Below are positions 6,395 to 15,790 of a stretch of 25,336 nt of DNA, one piece after another. The stretch lies in the IMG/VR virus record IMGVR_UViG_3300035680_000084, positions 1 through 25,336 of that record; one strand, written 5' to 3'. The position numbers were made by a program, and so were the translations under genes. The notes beneath the pieces were generated by a model. That model had not been told where the DNA came from, did not search any database, and worked only from the letters and a program-made list of their open reading frames with translations. The stretch's first letter is position 1; every line of letters starts with the position of its first letter. The stretch is from a virus. Lineage: Duplodnaviria > Caudoviricetes.

Positions 6395-9300
6395 TGCCTT
6401 TCCCTTTCACAAAAACAGAAGAAGATCAAATCGATGATGAGAATGATGCGGCTAATCAACGTGTCATTCTTACTAATTCAACTGTTACTCCTCAATTATC
6501 TGATTACATAACAGATTTTTATAAAACTTATCCTGACGCAAATTTTAATGTTTTGATCCCTACCGCTAAAGCGTATGCGGAAGGTGTCATGGATGAAAAA
6601 ACTGCTAAAGATTTTTTGTCTAGTGTCACATTAAAATCTATTCAAGATAAGTTGCGTAACTATAAACCACCGAAAAAGAAAAGTTGGTTTGAACGCAACG
6701 TTTCTGATAAAGCTAAGGGTGCTTTGCGTTGGGGACAAGCAGGCGTGAACTATGTCCCTGATGTAGTTAGCGGTGCTGCTGGCTATGTAGGCACAACAAT
6801 CATGTCAGGTGTCCAGCAAGCATTTGGTCAAGCAACTTCAACAGGAACAGTTGACTTAACACCCACTGTTGTCCCTAAAAGCCCTCCGTTAAACCCTACT
6901 ACCGCTATCGGTGTCGGTGACATTTTAGGTACTGGCGCACAAACTGTTCCTGAGTTCACAACCGGTACAGGCAGACCGTCAGCAATTTTGTGGGATCAAA
7001 CATTATTAGGTGCGATGACTCAAAACCCTGATCTGATCGGGACAGGCTTTTTCCCTAGCCAAGAAATTATGGCGATTCAAGGTGAAGCGGCTCGTGAAGC
7101 ACGAGGAACAATTGATGGCAAAGCGGCCAACCCTGGTCGAGTGTTAGCCAATGTTGTTACGCAACCAGGTTCTGTTGAATACAACATTCTTTCAGGTTTG
7201 ATTGATATGGGTGTCGCTCTTGCTGTCCCGTCTTTCCCTGGTGGGAAGGCTGTAGTGCAGGGGGCTAAGGTTGGTGCTGAGGCAGTTTTGCCTTTGCGTA
7301 CTTTGGCTGGTTTAACTAATGCAGAATCAGCAATGATTATCCCATCAAAAGTTACTGACTTTCTGCGATCTTCTTCTGGTCGTAGTGTTATTGAACGGAT
7401 AGTGAAAATAGATTCTGTTGATGAAGCAATGGAAATTTTCCCTACTGCTAACGCAAAATTTTGGCAGCAAGTAACAGATGTTAAAGATGTTGCTAGTGTC
7501 CAAAGATTGTTGAATGACACGCTCGGTTTGGGCGACATCACTCGTGGTATCGGCCCTAGAAGTATTGATGATGTAAACATTTCACGGTGGGATACGGTGA
7601 AGCGTGAGTTGCCGTATTTTGGTACACAGAAAGAATCTAAGGTTGCTCGACTTATAGCGAACTTGCCAGGTCAGCATGTTGTGGTTGCTGGTGGTTCGGA
7701 TCGTGAAGTTGCTCAATCTATTAAAAATGTTAAGAACTATTTGCGGGCCATCAAAATGGATGAAGGTGACCGTGTTAAATATGTGAACATGTTGACTCGT
7801 GCGTTGAACGAGGCTGATGGTTCTGTTCGTAATGTTGTTAAAGAAATTGAAGAAATTTCTAGGGCTTCTTTCGCCAAAATGGGTGTCAATGATGTTTTGA
7901 ATAACAAACTTCATGAAGGCTGGAAAGGTTTTAAGGAGATCGTAGATGACACTTTGTATGGTGCTATTGACGATCTTGGTACTTCCGCAGATTTTGGTGG
8001 CTTGTTTACTTTTGTGTCTGATACTGGTCGTGTCATAACCGTTAATCAACCTTTGAATACTGCGATTGTGCAGTCTGAAGCGTTGAAGCATGCAATCTTT
8101 TTGGCTGACCCTCGCCGAGTTCGACGCATTGCTTCACAAAAAAATCCTTTGGCGTGGCTAACCACAGCAGATGCTGTAACAAGAGGAAATAGATTTGGTA
8201 AATTGCGTTTCCCTATTTCTGTTATTGAATCATTGCAAAACGAGTTGTGGCGGCCAATGACTTTGATGACTGGCGGATATGTTTTGCGTAACATGAGTGA
8301 CTCTTTGCTACGTCAATCTTTTGCACCGAATATTCAAACAGGAATATTCCACCCGTTAGATTTGATCCAAGTCGCTATGTTCAAAAAGTTTCAAGGCGAC
8401 ATTTTAGGTTTTTCATTTAAGGGTGATCCTGAAGATTTGATTCGTGCAGGTCAACATGAACTTGCTGATTCTGCTGGTTTTTCTATTCGTGAAATGAACG
8501 CCCCAACGAATGTGTTGTCTCGTGAACAGAAAACTGGTGTGTGGACTCGTTACGAAATCGGTAACGGGCCTGAAGCTTTTGGTAAGGCTGTTGCTGCTGA
8601 GATGGCTTTGCTTCATGGCGATGAGGCTATGAGAATCGCTGCTAAAGGTGAAGCTGCTCCTGGCAAAACATTGACAGAAACAATTTTAGATTGGGTTTCT
8701 ACAACGCCTGAAGGCGAAAAATATATTCGCACAATGCAAAACATTTGGACTAACCGAACAATTATTGATCCTTCTACTGGCTCACCTGTCCGTGGGTCTG
8801 CAACGTTTATTGATAAAGCAGGCAGAATCAATTTAGACGAAGTAGCAGAATATATTGAAAGTGTTACTTTTGGTCGTCTTGCTCAATCAACCGGTAATGA
8901 TCCTCGATTGTTAGAAGTTGTTGCTAATGGATCGTGGACTGACTCACAAGGAAAAATTATTGACGCTTTGTTCAAACATCGAACAGGTGAAATCAAGGGT
9001 TACAGCGACGAATTTTTGAGCGAGATAAATACGATTGTCAAAGACCCAAACATTCAGTTGACTAAATGGTATAAAGCACAAGTCACTGTTTCTGCACAGG
9101 GTTATCAAGGTCGGCTTGCACCAATTGTTAACGGGATGGATAAAGCCGTTGATATCTTTTTTGGTTCTCTATACCCGAAACGTGAACTGTTTTTGAATAG
9201 GTCTCCTGTTTTTAGACAACAATACTTTAATGTTATTGACGAATTTCTTGATGAACTTGCACCTGGTCAAGCAACAGAAATTTTGCGTAGTGTTCAAGAC

Positions 9301-11100
9301 GCAGCCAAAGCAGCCAAAGTAACATACGATGTCAAATTTTTGGAGAAATATGTTGGCAGTAAAAAGTTGGCACAAAAACTGTTGGACAAAGATTCAGGAA
9401 AGTTGCCATCAAAAGGCAATCTTATGCGCGAAGAACTTGATGCTTACGCCAAAGGTTACGCATTAGACGAAACCAAAAAACTGTTTTATAACGCAACCGA
9501 AAAATCTAACTTTGCTGACATCATGCGAATCATCGCACCGTTCGGTTCAGCGTGGGCAGAAGTAACAAAGAATTGGGCTAAAACATTATCCACTGACCCC
9601 GAAGCTTTCAAACGAACAACTAAGACTGTACAAAGTCTTACAACCGCTGACCCTGATAATGACAGTCGAGGGTTCTTCTACAAAGACCCAACAAGCGGGG
9701 AGTATGTTTTTAACTATCCACTATCAGAAGATTTTGCACCGTTCCTTACCGCCGGTGGAGCAGCATTGGGTTTCATCGTTGGTGGAGTGGGTGGCGCAGT
9801 CGCTGGTGGGTTTGCAGGATCTAAACTTGCTGGCCCTGTTAATGCTGGTGTCGGAGATTTAGGTGTCAATATGGTCGCCCCAGCAAAATCTTTGAACATG
9901 GGTTTACAGTTAACCCCTGGTGTAAGCCCATTTGTTCAATTCGCAGCAAACAAAATTCTTCCACAAAAACCGTCTTACGACTGGGTAAGAAAACTTGTTA
10001 TCCCTTATGGCGCACCAGAAGTTGACTGGGTAATTATGCCATCATGGTTCAACAAAGCGATGGAAGCATGGGTCGCTAATCCTGACAATGATCGTCTTTT
10101 TGGTGACATGACAATGCAAGCTATGGAAGCTTTAGCAATGAGTGGCAAATATGATTTGACGACTCTTGCTGGTGGTAAAGAATTAGAAGAAGACGCTATT
10201 GATAAAGCTCGCTATCTTTTAGGTATGCGAGCCTTCGGTCAGTTCCTCGGCCCGACTCGACCTGTACCAAAAGTTGAAGTTCCGTTATTGGAAGAAAAAC
10301 GTCAACAAACTATTACTGTGGGTGAAGAAAAGTTAGATTTATCCAAAGTTGACATTCACGGTGCAGAGTTAGCGAAATATTTTAGGCAACTCCAAGACGA
10401 AGATTACGATACTGCTGTACGCAAATTTATGGAAACTTTCGGTGACGACGCTTTCCTATATATGGCAGGTAAAACTAAGTCAACTGTTGGCGGTTTGGAT
10501 GCTTCAAAAGAGTTCGCTGCGTGGGAACGTGACAACAGTAAGTTCTTTGATACCTATAAAGAAGTCGCAGGGTATTTCGCTCCTGTAGGTTCAGAGTTTG
10601 ATTATCAGGTTTACACACGACAAATCGAACTTGGTTTGCGTGAAATGTTAGAACCTGACGAACTTATTGAGGAATCTCAACGTCTTGTCGGTGTCGCTTT
10701 ATATCGTGAAGTTGTGCGATACGCTGGCCCTAAACCATCTAAAGAAGAAAAACAAATCATTTCTGATTACCGTAAAGATTTATATGAGCAGTACCCTGGT
10801 TTTGAACGTGCCGATATCAACACTAATAAAACACCTGCCGATATCAGTGTTCTGTATGAAGCTGCTTTTGATAGTCGTATGGATGACAACAATATTGCTA
10901 TTGCTGCCCGCCAGTATTTAGATGTTCGTGATTTTGCTTTAGAGATCGCTGCTGAACGTGGTGTCGGTTTGGGTGCTGAGGCTAATAGTGATTTGACTGG
11001 TATTTTGCGTCAAGAAGGCGAACGTTTGGTGGGTCAGTATCCGGAGTTTGCTCGATTGTGGGATCGTATTTTGTTCTCTGAAGTGGATTTAGAAAGGTAA
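6394..11100 (+). CDS. Large putative internal virion / DNA-ejection protein
   Basis: 1568-aa uninterrupted ORF between portal and scaffold, with a hydrophobic Gly-zipper segment and no recognised catalytic motif. Function inferred from podovirus layout. Confidence 0.65.
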   Translation: MPFPFTKTEEDQIDDENDAANQRVILTNSTVTPQLSDYITDFYKTYPDANFNVLIPTAKAYAEGVMDEKTAKDFLSSVTLKSIQDKLRNYKPPKKKSWFERNVSDKAKGALRWGQAGVNYVPDVVSGAAGYVGTTIMSGVQQAFGQATSTGTVDLTPTVVPKSPPLNPTTAIGVGDILGTGAQTVPEFTTGTGRPSAILWDQTLLGAMTQNPDLIGTGFFPSQEIMAIQGEAAREARGTIDGKAANPGRVLANVVTQPGSVEYNILSGLIDMGVALAVPSFPGGKAVVQGAKVGAEAVLPLRTLAGLTNAESAMIIPSKVTDFLRSSSGRSVIERIVKIDSVDEAMEIFPTANAKFWQQVTDVKDVASVQRLLNDTLGLGDITRGIGPRSIDDVNISRWDTVKRELPYFGTQKESKVARLIANLPGQHVVVAGGSDREVAQSIKNVKNYLRAIKMDEGDRVKYVNMLTRALNEADGSVRNVVKEIEEISRASFAKMGVNDVLNNKLHEGWKGFKEIVDDTLYGAIDDLGTSADFGGLFTFVSDTGRVITVNQPLNTAIVQSEALKHAIFLADPRRVRRIASQKNPLAWLTTADAVTRGNRFGKLRFPISVIESLQNELWRPMTLMTGGYVLRNMSDSLLRQSFAPNIQTGIFHPLDLIQVAMFKKFQGDILGFSFKGDPEDLIRAGQHELADSAGFSIREMNAPTNVLSREQKTGVWTRYEIGNGPEAFGKAVAAEMALLHGDEAMRIAAKGEAAPGKTLTETILDWVSTTPEGEKYIRTMQNIWTNRTIIDPSTGSPVRGSATFIDKAGRINLDEVAEYIESVTFGRLAQSTGNDPRLLEVVANGSWTDSQGKIIDALFKHRTGEIKGYSDEFLSEINTIVKDPNIQLTKWYKAQVTVSAQGYQGRLAPIVNGMDKAVDIFFGSLYPKRELFLNRSPVFRQQYFNVIDEFLDELAPGQATEILRSVQDAAKAAKVTYDVKFLEKYVGSKKLAQKLLDKDSGKLPSKGNLMREELDAYAKGYALDETKKLFYNATEKSNFADIMRIIAPFGSAWAEVTKNWAKTLSTDPEAFKRTTKTVQSLTTADPDNDSRGFFYKDPTSGEYVFNYPLSEDFAPFLTAGGAALGFIVGGVGGAVAGGFAGSKLAGPVNAGVGDLGVNMVAPAKSLNMGLQLTPGVSPFVQFAANKILPQKPSYDWVRKLVIPYGAPEVDWVIMPSWFNKAMEAWVANPDNDRLFGDMTMQAMEALAMSGKYDLTTLAGGKELEEDAIDKARYLLGMRAFGQFLGPTRPVPKVEVPLLEEKRQQTITVGEEKLDLSKVDIHGAELAKYFRQLQDEDYDTAVRKFMETFGDDAFLYMAGKTKSTVGGLDASKEFAAWERDNSKFFDTYKEVAGYFAPVGSEFDYQVYTRQIELGLREMLEPDELIEESQRLVGVALYREVVRYAGPKPSKEEKQIISDYRKDLYEQYPGFERADINTNKTPADISVLYEAAFDSRMDDNNIAIAARQYLDVRDFALEIAAERGVGLGAEANSDLTGILRQEGERLVGQYPEFARLWDRILFSEVDLER

Positions 11101-11106
11101 TTTATT

Positions 11107-11883
11107 ATGGCTACACGTAAAATCAAAGATGGCACACCGCCGACTACTACTCCTCCTGGTTCTGCTGGTACGACGAGTGCTATAGAGAACTTAGGTAATG
11201 TACAAGGCAAAGAAGCTGCTAGCGAAATTGTTACTTATACTCCTGGTCAACGACTTAGGGTTGTGAACGGTAAATGGGAAGTTTATAACGGGCCAGGTCT
11301 TGTAAACGCTAAAGGTAAACTTGAGTTAGTTCAAGGTTCGCCTTTCTATTACGATCTTGAAAATGAACCTGGTCGTCTTTGGGCATCATATAACCCTAGA
11401 GAACGTGCCGCTAAAATGGAACAACTTGTTTCAGCAGGGTTTTTATCTAAGGCTGGTGTTGATGATTATAGTTCTCAGTTAAACGGTATTGCTCAATGGT
11501 TGCAGTCGTCTAACTATTTAGGTTTGGAGAAAGAGAACACTCTTTCAACTCTTATTGCTGGTGGGCCTGCGATTAAACGTGGTAGTGGTGGCAGCACACC
11601 TAGTTATGTTATTTCTAACCCTGAAGAACTAAAACTTATTGCTAAAAAGGTGTCTCAGGAAACTCTTGGTCGAGAGTTAAATGATGAGGATGTAGACCGT
11701 TTTGTGAAGGCGTATCAGGCTCAGGAGTTGCAAGCACAAAAGGCTTCTGGTGTTGTTACTCGTGTTGCTGGTTCTGATGTTGCTGCTCAACAGTTTGCTG
11801 AACAAACTGCGCCCACTGAAGCTAAGGCATATGAGTATCTTGGTTATATTAATAAGTTCGTTGATGCGATTGGAAGTTTGTGA
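11107..11883 (+). CDS. Putative internal virion protein
   Basis: 258-aa ORF in a tightly packed operon; function from position only. Confidence 0.6.
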   Translation: MATRKIKDGTPPTTTPPGSAGTTSAIENLGNVQGKEAASEIVTYTPGQRLRVVNGKWEVYNGPGLVNAKGKLELVQGSPFYYDLENEPGRLWASYNPRERAAKMEQLVSAGFLSKAGVDDYSSQLNGIAQWLQSSNYLGLEKENTLSTLIAGGPAIKRGSGGSTPSYVISNPEELKLIAKKVSQETLGRELNDEDVDRFVKAYQAQELQAQKASGVVTRVAGSDVAAQQFAEQTAPTEAKAYEYLGYINKFVDAIGSL

Positions 11884-12974
11884 TGGCTACTAAAAAAGTT
11901 GAAGGCACTCCTCCTGTTGGCCCTATTGATATTGGTGGTTATGCTCCTGGTGCTGTAGGCAAGTTTGATAAGTTTGTTCCTAAAAAGAAGGATAAACCGA
12001 AACCTGAACCGAAACCTGAACCTTCTGGCCCCCCAGATTTGTCTGGTGTCAATTGGGAAGATGTAGGCAAATTGATGACAGCAAACGGGATACCGATTCC
12101 TGGTGCTGAAGTTGATTGGGAGACAGCCGCTAAAGAACAATATGGTGGCTATTACTCGTTAATCGAAGGCTCAACAGAATTGAGAGAACTGTTAAAAAAT
12201 GCTGTTGAAGGTAAATGGTCTGAATCTAAATTTACTTATGAATTGCAACAGACGACATGGTATAAAACTACTTCTGCGTCAACACGAACATGGGATGCAA
12301 ATAAAGCACTTGACCCTGCTACAACACAGCAACAAATTGACAACCGTTCAGCAACTATTCGTGAAACAGCATTAAATCTTGGTGTCAGTCTTGATGATGC
12401 GACAATTAAAAAAATGGCTGAGGATAGTTTGCGTGGATCGTGGGATACACAAGTTCTCAATAACGCTATTGGTGCAGAAGCATCAAAAACTTCTGGTGGT
12501 ATGTCAGGTTTAAGAACAGGTTTCTTGGGTCAACAATTGAAACAAACCGCAGCCGATTACGGTATCCAGTTATCCGATCAAACATTCAACACTTGGGTTG
12601 ACAAAGTTGCTCGTGGACAAGAAAATACAAAGTCGTTTCAACAGTACGCTTTGAATACTGCTAAAACATTGTTCCCTGGTATCGCCACACAGTTGGATCA
12701 AGGTTTAACATTTGGGCAAATCACCGATCCGTATAAGCAAGCGGCTGCTCGAACATTAGAAATGAACCCTGATACCATTGACTTCACTGATCCGAAATGG
12801 TCTAAAGCAATCACGTTCACTACCGACAAGGGTGAACAGCGGCCTATGAATTCTAATGAGTGGGGAACTTATCTCCGTTCAGAACGGTCATTGGGTTACG
12901 AGTACACTAATGAGGCTCGTTCACGGGCATACCAAGTCACATCCGGTTTAGCAAACCTTTTCGGAAAGATATGA
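11883..12974 (+). CDS. Putative internal virion protein
   Basis: ATG 11883 overlaps the previous TGA. Lys/Pro-rich N-terminus and internal helical repeats (ALNLGVSLDD / AADYGIQLSD). Confidence 0.6.
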   Translation: MATKKVEGTPPVGPIDIGGYAPGAVGKFDKFVPKKKDKPKPEPKPEPSGPPDLSGVNWEDVGKLMTANGIPIPGAEVDWETAAKEQYGGYYSLIEGSTELRELLKNAVEGKWSESKFTYELQQTTWYKTTSASTRTWDANKALDPATTQQQIDNRSATIRETALNLGVSLDDATIKKMAEDSLRGSWDTQVLNNAIGAEASKTSGGMSGLRTGFLGQQLKQTAADYGIQLSDQTFNTWVDKVARGQENTKSFQQYALNTAKTLFPGIATQLDQGLTFGQITDPYKQAAARTLEMNPDTIDFTDPKWSKAITFTTDKGEQRPMNSNEWGTYLRSERSLGYEYTNEARSRAYQVTSGLANLFGKI

Positions 12975-12975
12975 T

Positions 12976-13809
12976 ATGAGCGATACAGGCGCACCACAGT
13001 CAGCATATGCCATCATTGGGCAAGACTTAGAACGCTACGGTTTAGGTAGCCTCACACAGTTCGTGAACGATCTTGTGTTCAAAGAGAACGTGTTAGATGA
13101 GAACATCATTCGTGGTCGTATGCGTGAAACTGAGCAGTATAAGACAAGGTTCGCTGGCAACGAGGCTCGACGCAGAGCAGGATATAACGTTCTGTCAGAG
13201 AACGAATACTTGTATTTGGAGAACGCTTACCGTCAACAGTTACGTTCTGCCGGTATGCCCCCAGGTTTCTATGACAGCAACGACGATTTCACTGCGATGA
13301 TCGGTGGCGACATTTCGGTTGCTGAACTTGCCACCCGTGTCAATCAGGGATACGAAGCAGTCAAGAACGCTGACCCGCAGGTCATCCAAGAGATGCAACG
13401 GTTATACGGTGTGAACGACAGTCAACTGGCCGCCTACTTCCTAGACCCTACGAAAGCTGCTCCTATGCTTGTTGAGCAAGCTAAGTCTGCCCAAATCGCT
13501 TCTGAAGCTACCAGGCAGGCAGGATTGGCTATCACAGCCCAGCAGGGTGAGCAGTTGGCACAGGCTGGCATCAATGTGGAGCAGGCTCGACAAGGGTTCG
13601 CTACGCTCGGTCAGGCACAAGAACTGTTCAACCCTCTTGCCGGCGAACAAGGTGTCGGTATGACTCAAGAGGAACAGATCGGGGCAGTGTTCGCTACTGA
13701 CGCTGCTGCTGCTCAACGCCTCCGTAAGAAGCAAGCGGAACGAACCGCAGCCTTCCAGGGTGGCGGAGGTTTCGCTGGGCAAGGTCAAGGACAAACCGCT
13801 TTAGCGTAG
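12976..13809 (+). CDS. Putative internal virion protein
   Basis: 277-aa Gln/Ala-rich helical ORF with a Gly-rich C-terminus; function from position only. Confidence 0.6.
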   Translation: MSDTGAPQSAYAIIGQDLERYGLGSLTQFVNDLVFKENVLDENIIRGRMRETEQYKTRFAGNEARRRAGYNVLSENEYLYLENAYRQQLRSAGMPPGFYDSNDDFTAMIGGDISVAELATRVNQGYEAVKNADPQVIQEMQRLYGVNDSQLAAYFLDPTKAAPMLVEQAKSAQIASEATRQAGLAITAQQGEQLAQAGINVEQARQGFATLGQAQELFNPLAGEQGVGMTQEEQIGAVFATDAAAAQRLRKKQAERTAAFQGGGGFAGQGQGQTALA

Positions 13810-13813
13810 GTAC

Positions 13814-13841
13814 TTGCATCCTACAAATAATGTGCTACACT
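13814..13841 (+). promoter_or_regulatory. Putative sigma70-type promoter for scaffold and capsid genes
   Basis: TTGCAT, 16-nt spacer ending TGTGC, then TACACT. Confidence 0.7.
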
Positions 13842-13888
13842 TAATCCGATGCCAATAGGCAGGAACACCTTAACGGGTTGTAAGCAGC

Positions 13889-13926
13889 GAACCGCCATGC
13901 CTCCGTGGTGGTTCTGGGCAAAGGAG
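13889..13926 (+). promoter_or_regulatory. Leader hairpin with anti-SD loop next to the scaffold SD
   Basis: 11-bp stem gaaccgccatg / cgtggtggttc with two G-U pairs, loop cctc(c); SD AAGGAG at 13921-13926. Confidence 0.55.
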
Positions 13927-13933
13927 TGTACAT

Positions 13934-14371
13934 ATGGACAGCGACATCGAATTCGATGAACAAGAAACAGGCCGAAATCCTCTGCGTGATCGCATGAAGC
14001 AGCTTGAATCGGAAAACGCAGCACTGAAGGCTAGGGCCGACGAAGCCTCTAACGCCGCACGTGAACTAGCTTTCGTAAGAGCAGGAGTTGATTCTGCCGA
14101 TCCGATGGCAAAGTATTTCGTGAAGGCTTATGACGGTGAACTTTCCCCTGATGCTATTAGAGCCGCTGCTATCGAAGCGAGACTTATCCAAGATACTAAG
14201 GCTGCACAGGTAGCGCAGGAAGCTAAAGGTTGGGACAGAACCAATCAGGCCGCTTCCGGTAACACTGTTGGTGAAGCCCCTGTGGACATGGTGACTCGGA
14301 TCAGTAAGGCTACTAGCCAAGCTGAGATTGAGATGTTGCTGGAAGAAGTAAGGTCTCTCCAACAAAACTAG
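13934..14371 (+). CDS. Capsid scaffolding protein
   Basis: Acidic N-terminus, coiled coil (LRDRMKQLESENAALKARADEA), directly upstream of the capsid gene, strong SD. Confidence 0.8.
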   Translation: MDSDIEFDEQETGRNPLRDRMKQLESENAALKARADEASNAARELAFVRAGVDSADPMAKYFVKAYDGELSPDAIRAAAIEARLIQDTKAAQVAQEAKGWDRTNQAASGNTVGEAPVDMVTRISKATSQAEIEMLLEEVRSLQQN

Positions 14372-14389
14372 CCCCGAAAGGCAAATCTC

Positions 14390-15343
14390 ATGGCTTATAC
14401 AGAAACATCCTCCCTATCAGTTGACCAGGTGGCGTTTGATCGCCTGGCTTATTTCGCTCTCCGTTCAGAACTGTTGTTCGATGCGGCTGCGGATGTCCAA
14501 CCGACGCAACAGGCTATGCCTGGTACTGGCGTAACGTTCACGATCTTCAACGATCTTGCTACCGCTACCAGCACCTTGTCGGAAACCACTGACGTTACTG
14601 CTCCCGCTTTGAGCGATTCGCAGGTTACGGTTACCCTCAACGAATACGGTAATGCCGTTATCACCACCGCTAAGTTGCGTGGAACTGCTTTCCTTGACGT
14701 TGACTCGGCTGCTGCTAACATCGTTGGTTACAACGCTGGTGCTTCAATTGACGAAGTTGCTCGTGAAGTTCTCGCTGGTGGATCAAACGTGATCTACGGT
14801 GGTGGCGGATCAAGCACCCCAACGAGCCGTACCACGGTTAAGGCCGCTGACATCATCGAAGCTAACGACATCCGTAAGGTGACCGCACAGCTTCGTGGTG
14901 CTAACGTTCCTACTTTCAACGGTTTGTACATGGCTTACATCCACCCCGATGTTGCTTATGACTTGCGTCGTGAAACTGGTGCTGCTGCTTGGCGTGACCC
15001 GCACGTGTACCAAGATACCTCGAACATCTACAACGCCGAAATCGGTGCTTTTGAAGGTGTCCGTTTCATCGAAACTCCTCGTGCAAAGGTGTTCCAGAAC
15101 GCTTCTGACGGTTCGGGTTCAACCGGAACTATCGAAGTTTACTGCACTCACGTGATGGGTCGTCAGGCTTTGGCTAAGGCGTACTCGTCAATTGACGGTA
15201 ACGGTGCTGTCCCGAAGGTTGTTCGTGGCCCTGTGGTTGACACCTTGAACCGTCTCCAGCCAATCGGTTGGTACTGGTTGGGTGGCTACGGTCGTTTCCG
15301 TGAGGCTTCGTTGCGCCGAATCGAGTCTGCAAGCTCTCTCTGA
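14390..15343 (+). CDS. Major capsid protein (HK97 fold, N4-gp56-like)
   Basis: 317 aa with motifs VTVTLNEYGN, YMAYIHPDVAYDL, EIGAFEGVRFIET and DTLNRLQPIGWY. SD GAAAGG; followed by a terminator. Confidence 0.92.
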   Translation: MAYTETSSLSVDQVAFDRLAYFALRSELLFDAAADVQPTQQAMPGTGVTFTIFNDLATATSTLSETTDVTAPALSDSQVTVTLNEYGNAVITTAKLRGTAFLDVDSAAANIVGYNAGASIDEVAREVLAGGSNVIYGGGGSSTPTSRTTVKAADIIEANDIRKVTAQLRGANVPTFNGLYMAYIHPDVAYDLRRETGAAAWRDPHVYQDTSNIYNAEIGAFEGVRFIETPRAKVFQNASDGSGSTGTIEVYCTHVMGRQALAKAYSSIDGNGAVPKVVRGPVVDTLNRLQPIGWYWLGGYGRFREASLRRIESASSL

Positions 15344-15361
15344 GTTTGTCCGGTGTGAAGG

Positions 15362-15408
15362 CTGGGTGGTGCGATACAATGGTGTCGTGCCACCCAGTTT
15401 TTCTTTTT
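15362..15408 (+). terminator. Intrinsic terminator after the capsid gene
   Basis: 16-bp stem ctgggtggtgcgatac / gtgtcgtgccacccag with three G-U pairs, loop aatg, then tttttcttttt. Confidence 0.9.
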
Positions 15409-15421
15409 GTAGGAGTGTTTG

Positions 15422-15784
15422 ATGAGTATTTCTAATTATGGTGAGTTAGCGTTTCTTAATACGTTGCGTAACACTTCGTTTGCTGTGGCTACGCCGTATT
15501 TGAAGTTGCATTTGGGTGATCCTGGTGAGGATGGGACTTCTAATGCTGCGGTTGAGGCGACTCGTAAGTCGGTTTCGTTTAGTGCTGCGTCGGGTGGTTC
15601 GATGGTTTCTAGTGCGACGGTTGAGTGGACTAATGTGTCTACGACTGAGACTTATTCGCATTGGTCGTTGTGGGATGCTTCGACTAGTGGTAATTGTTTG
15701 TGGAGTGGTGCTTTGGCTTCGTCTGCTGCTGTGACTGCTGGGGATACGTTCCAGATCACTAGCCTTACATTGTCGTTGGACTGA
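15422..15784 (+). CDS. Small beta-rich virion protein (fibre/decoration-associated)
   Basis: SD AGGAG 6 nt before ATG 15422. The pattern YLKLHLGDPG...HWSLWDASTSGNCL...VTAGDTFQI is common in phage structural regions. Confidence 0.75.
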   Translation: MSISNYGELAFLNTLRNTSFAVATPYLKLHLGDPGEDGTSNAAVEATRKSVSFSAASGGSMVSSATVEWTNVSTTETYSHWSLWDASTSGNCLWSGALASSAAVTAGDTFQITSLTLSLD

Positions 15785-15790
15785 TTGTAG

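Noticed and set aside
6394-11100. Tape measure protein or virion RNA polymerase
   Set aside because: It lies upstream of the capsid gene with no tail-tube or chaperone genes nearby, no tape-measure periodicity, and no polymerase motif that I can recognise.
13842-13933. Known riboswitch such as c-di-GMP-I (GCCUCCG and GGGCAAA are present)
   Set aside because: The elements are in the wrong order and the GNRA/receptor architecture is missing; kept only as an unknown structured leader.
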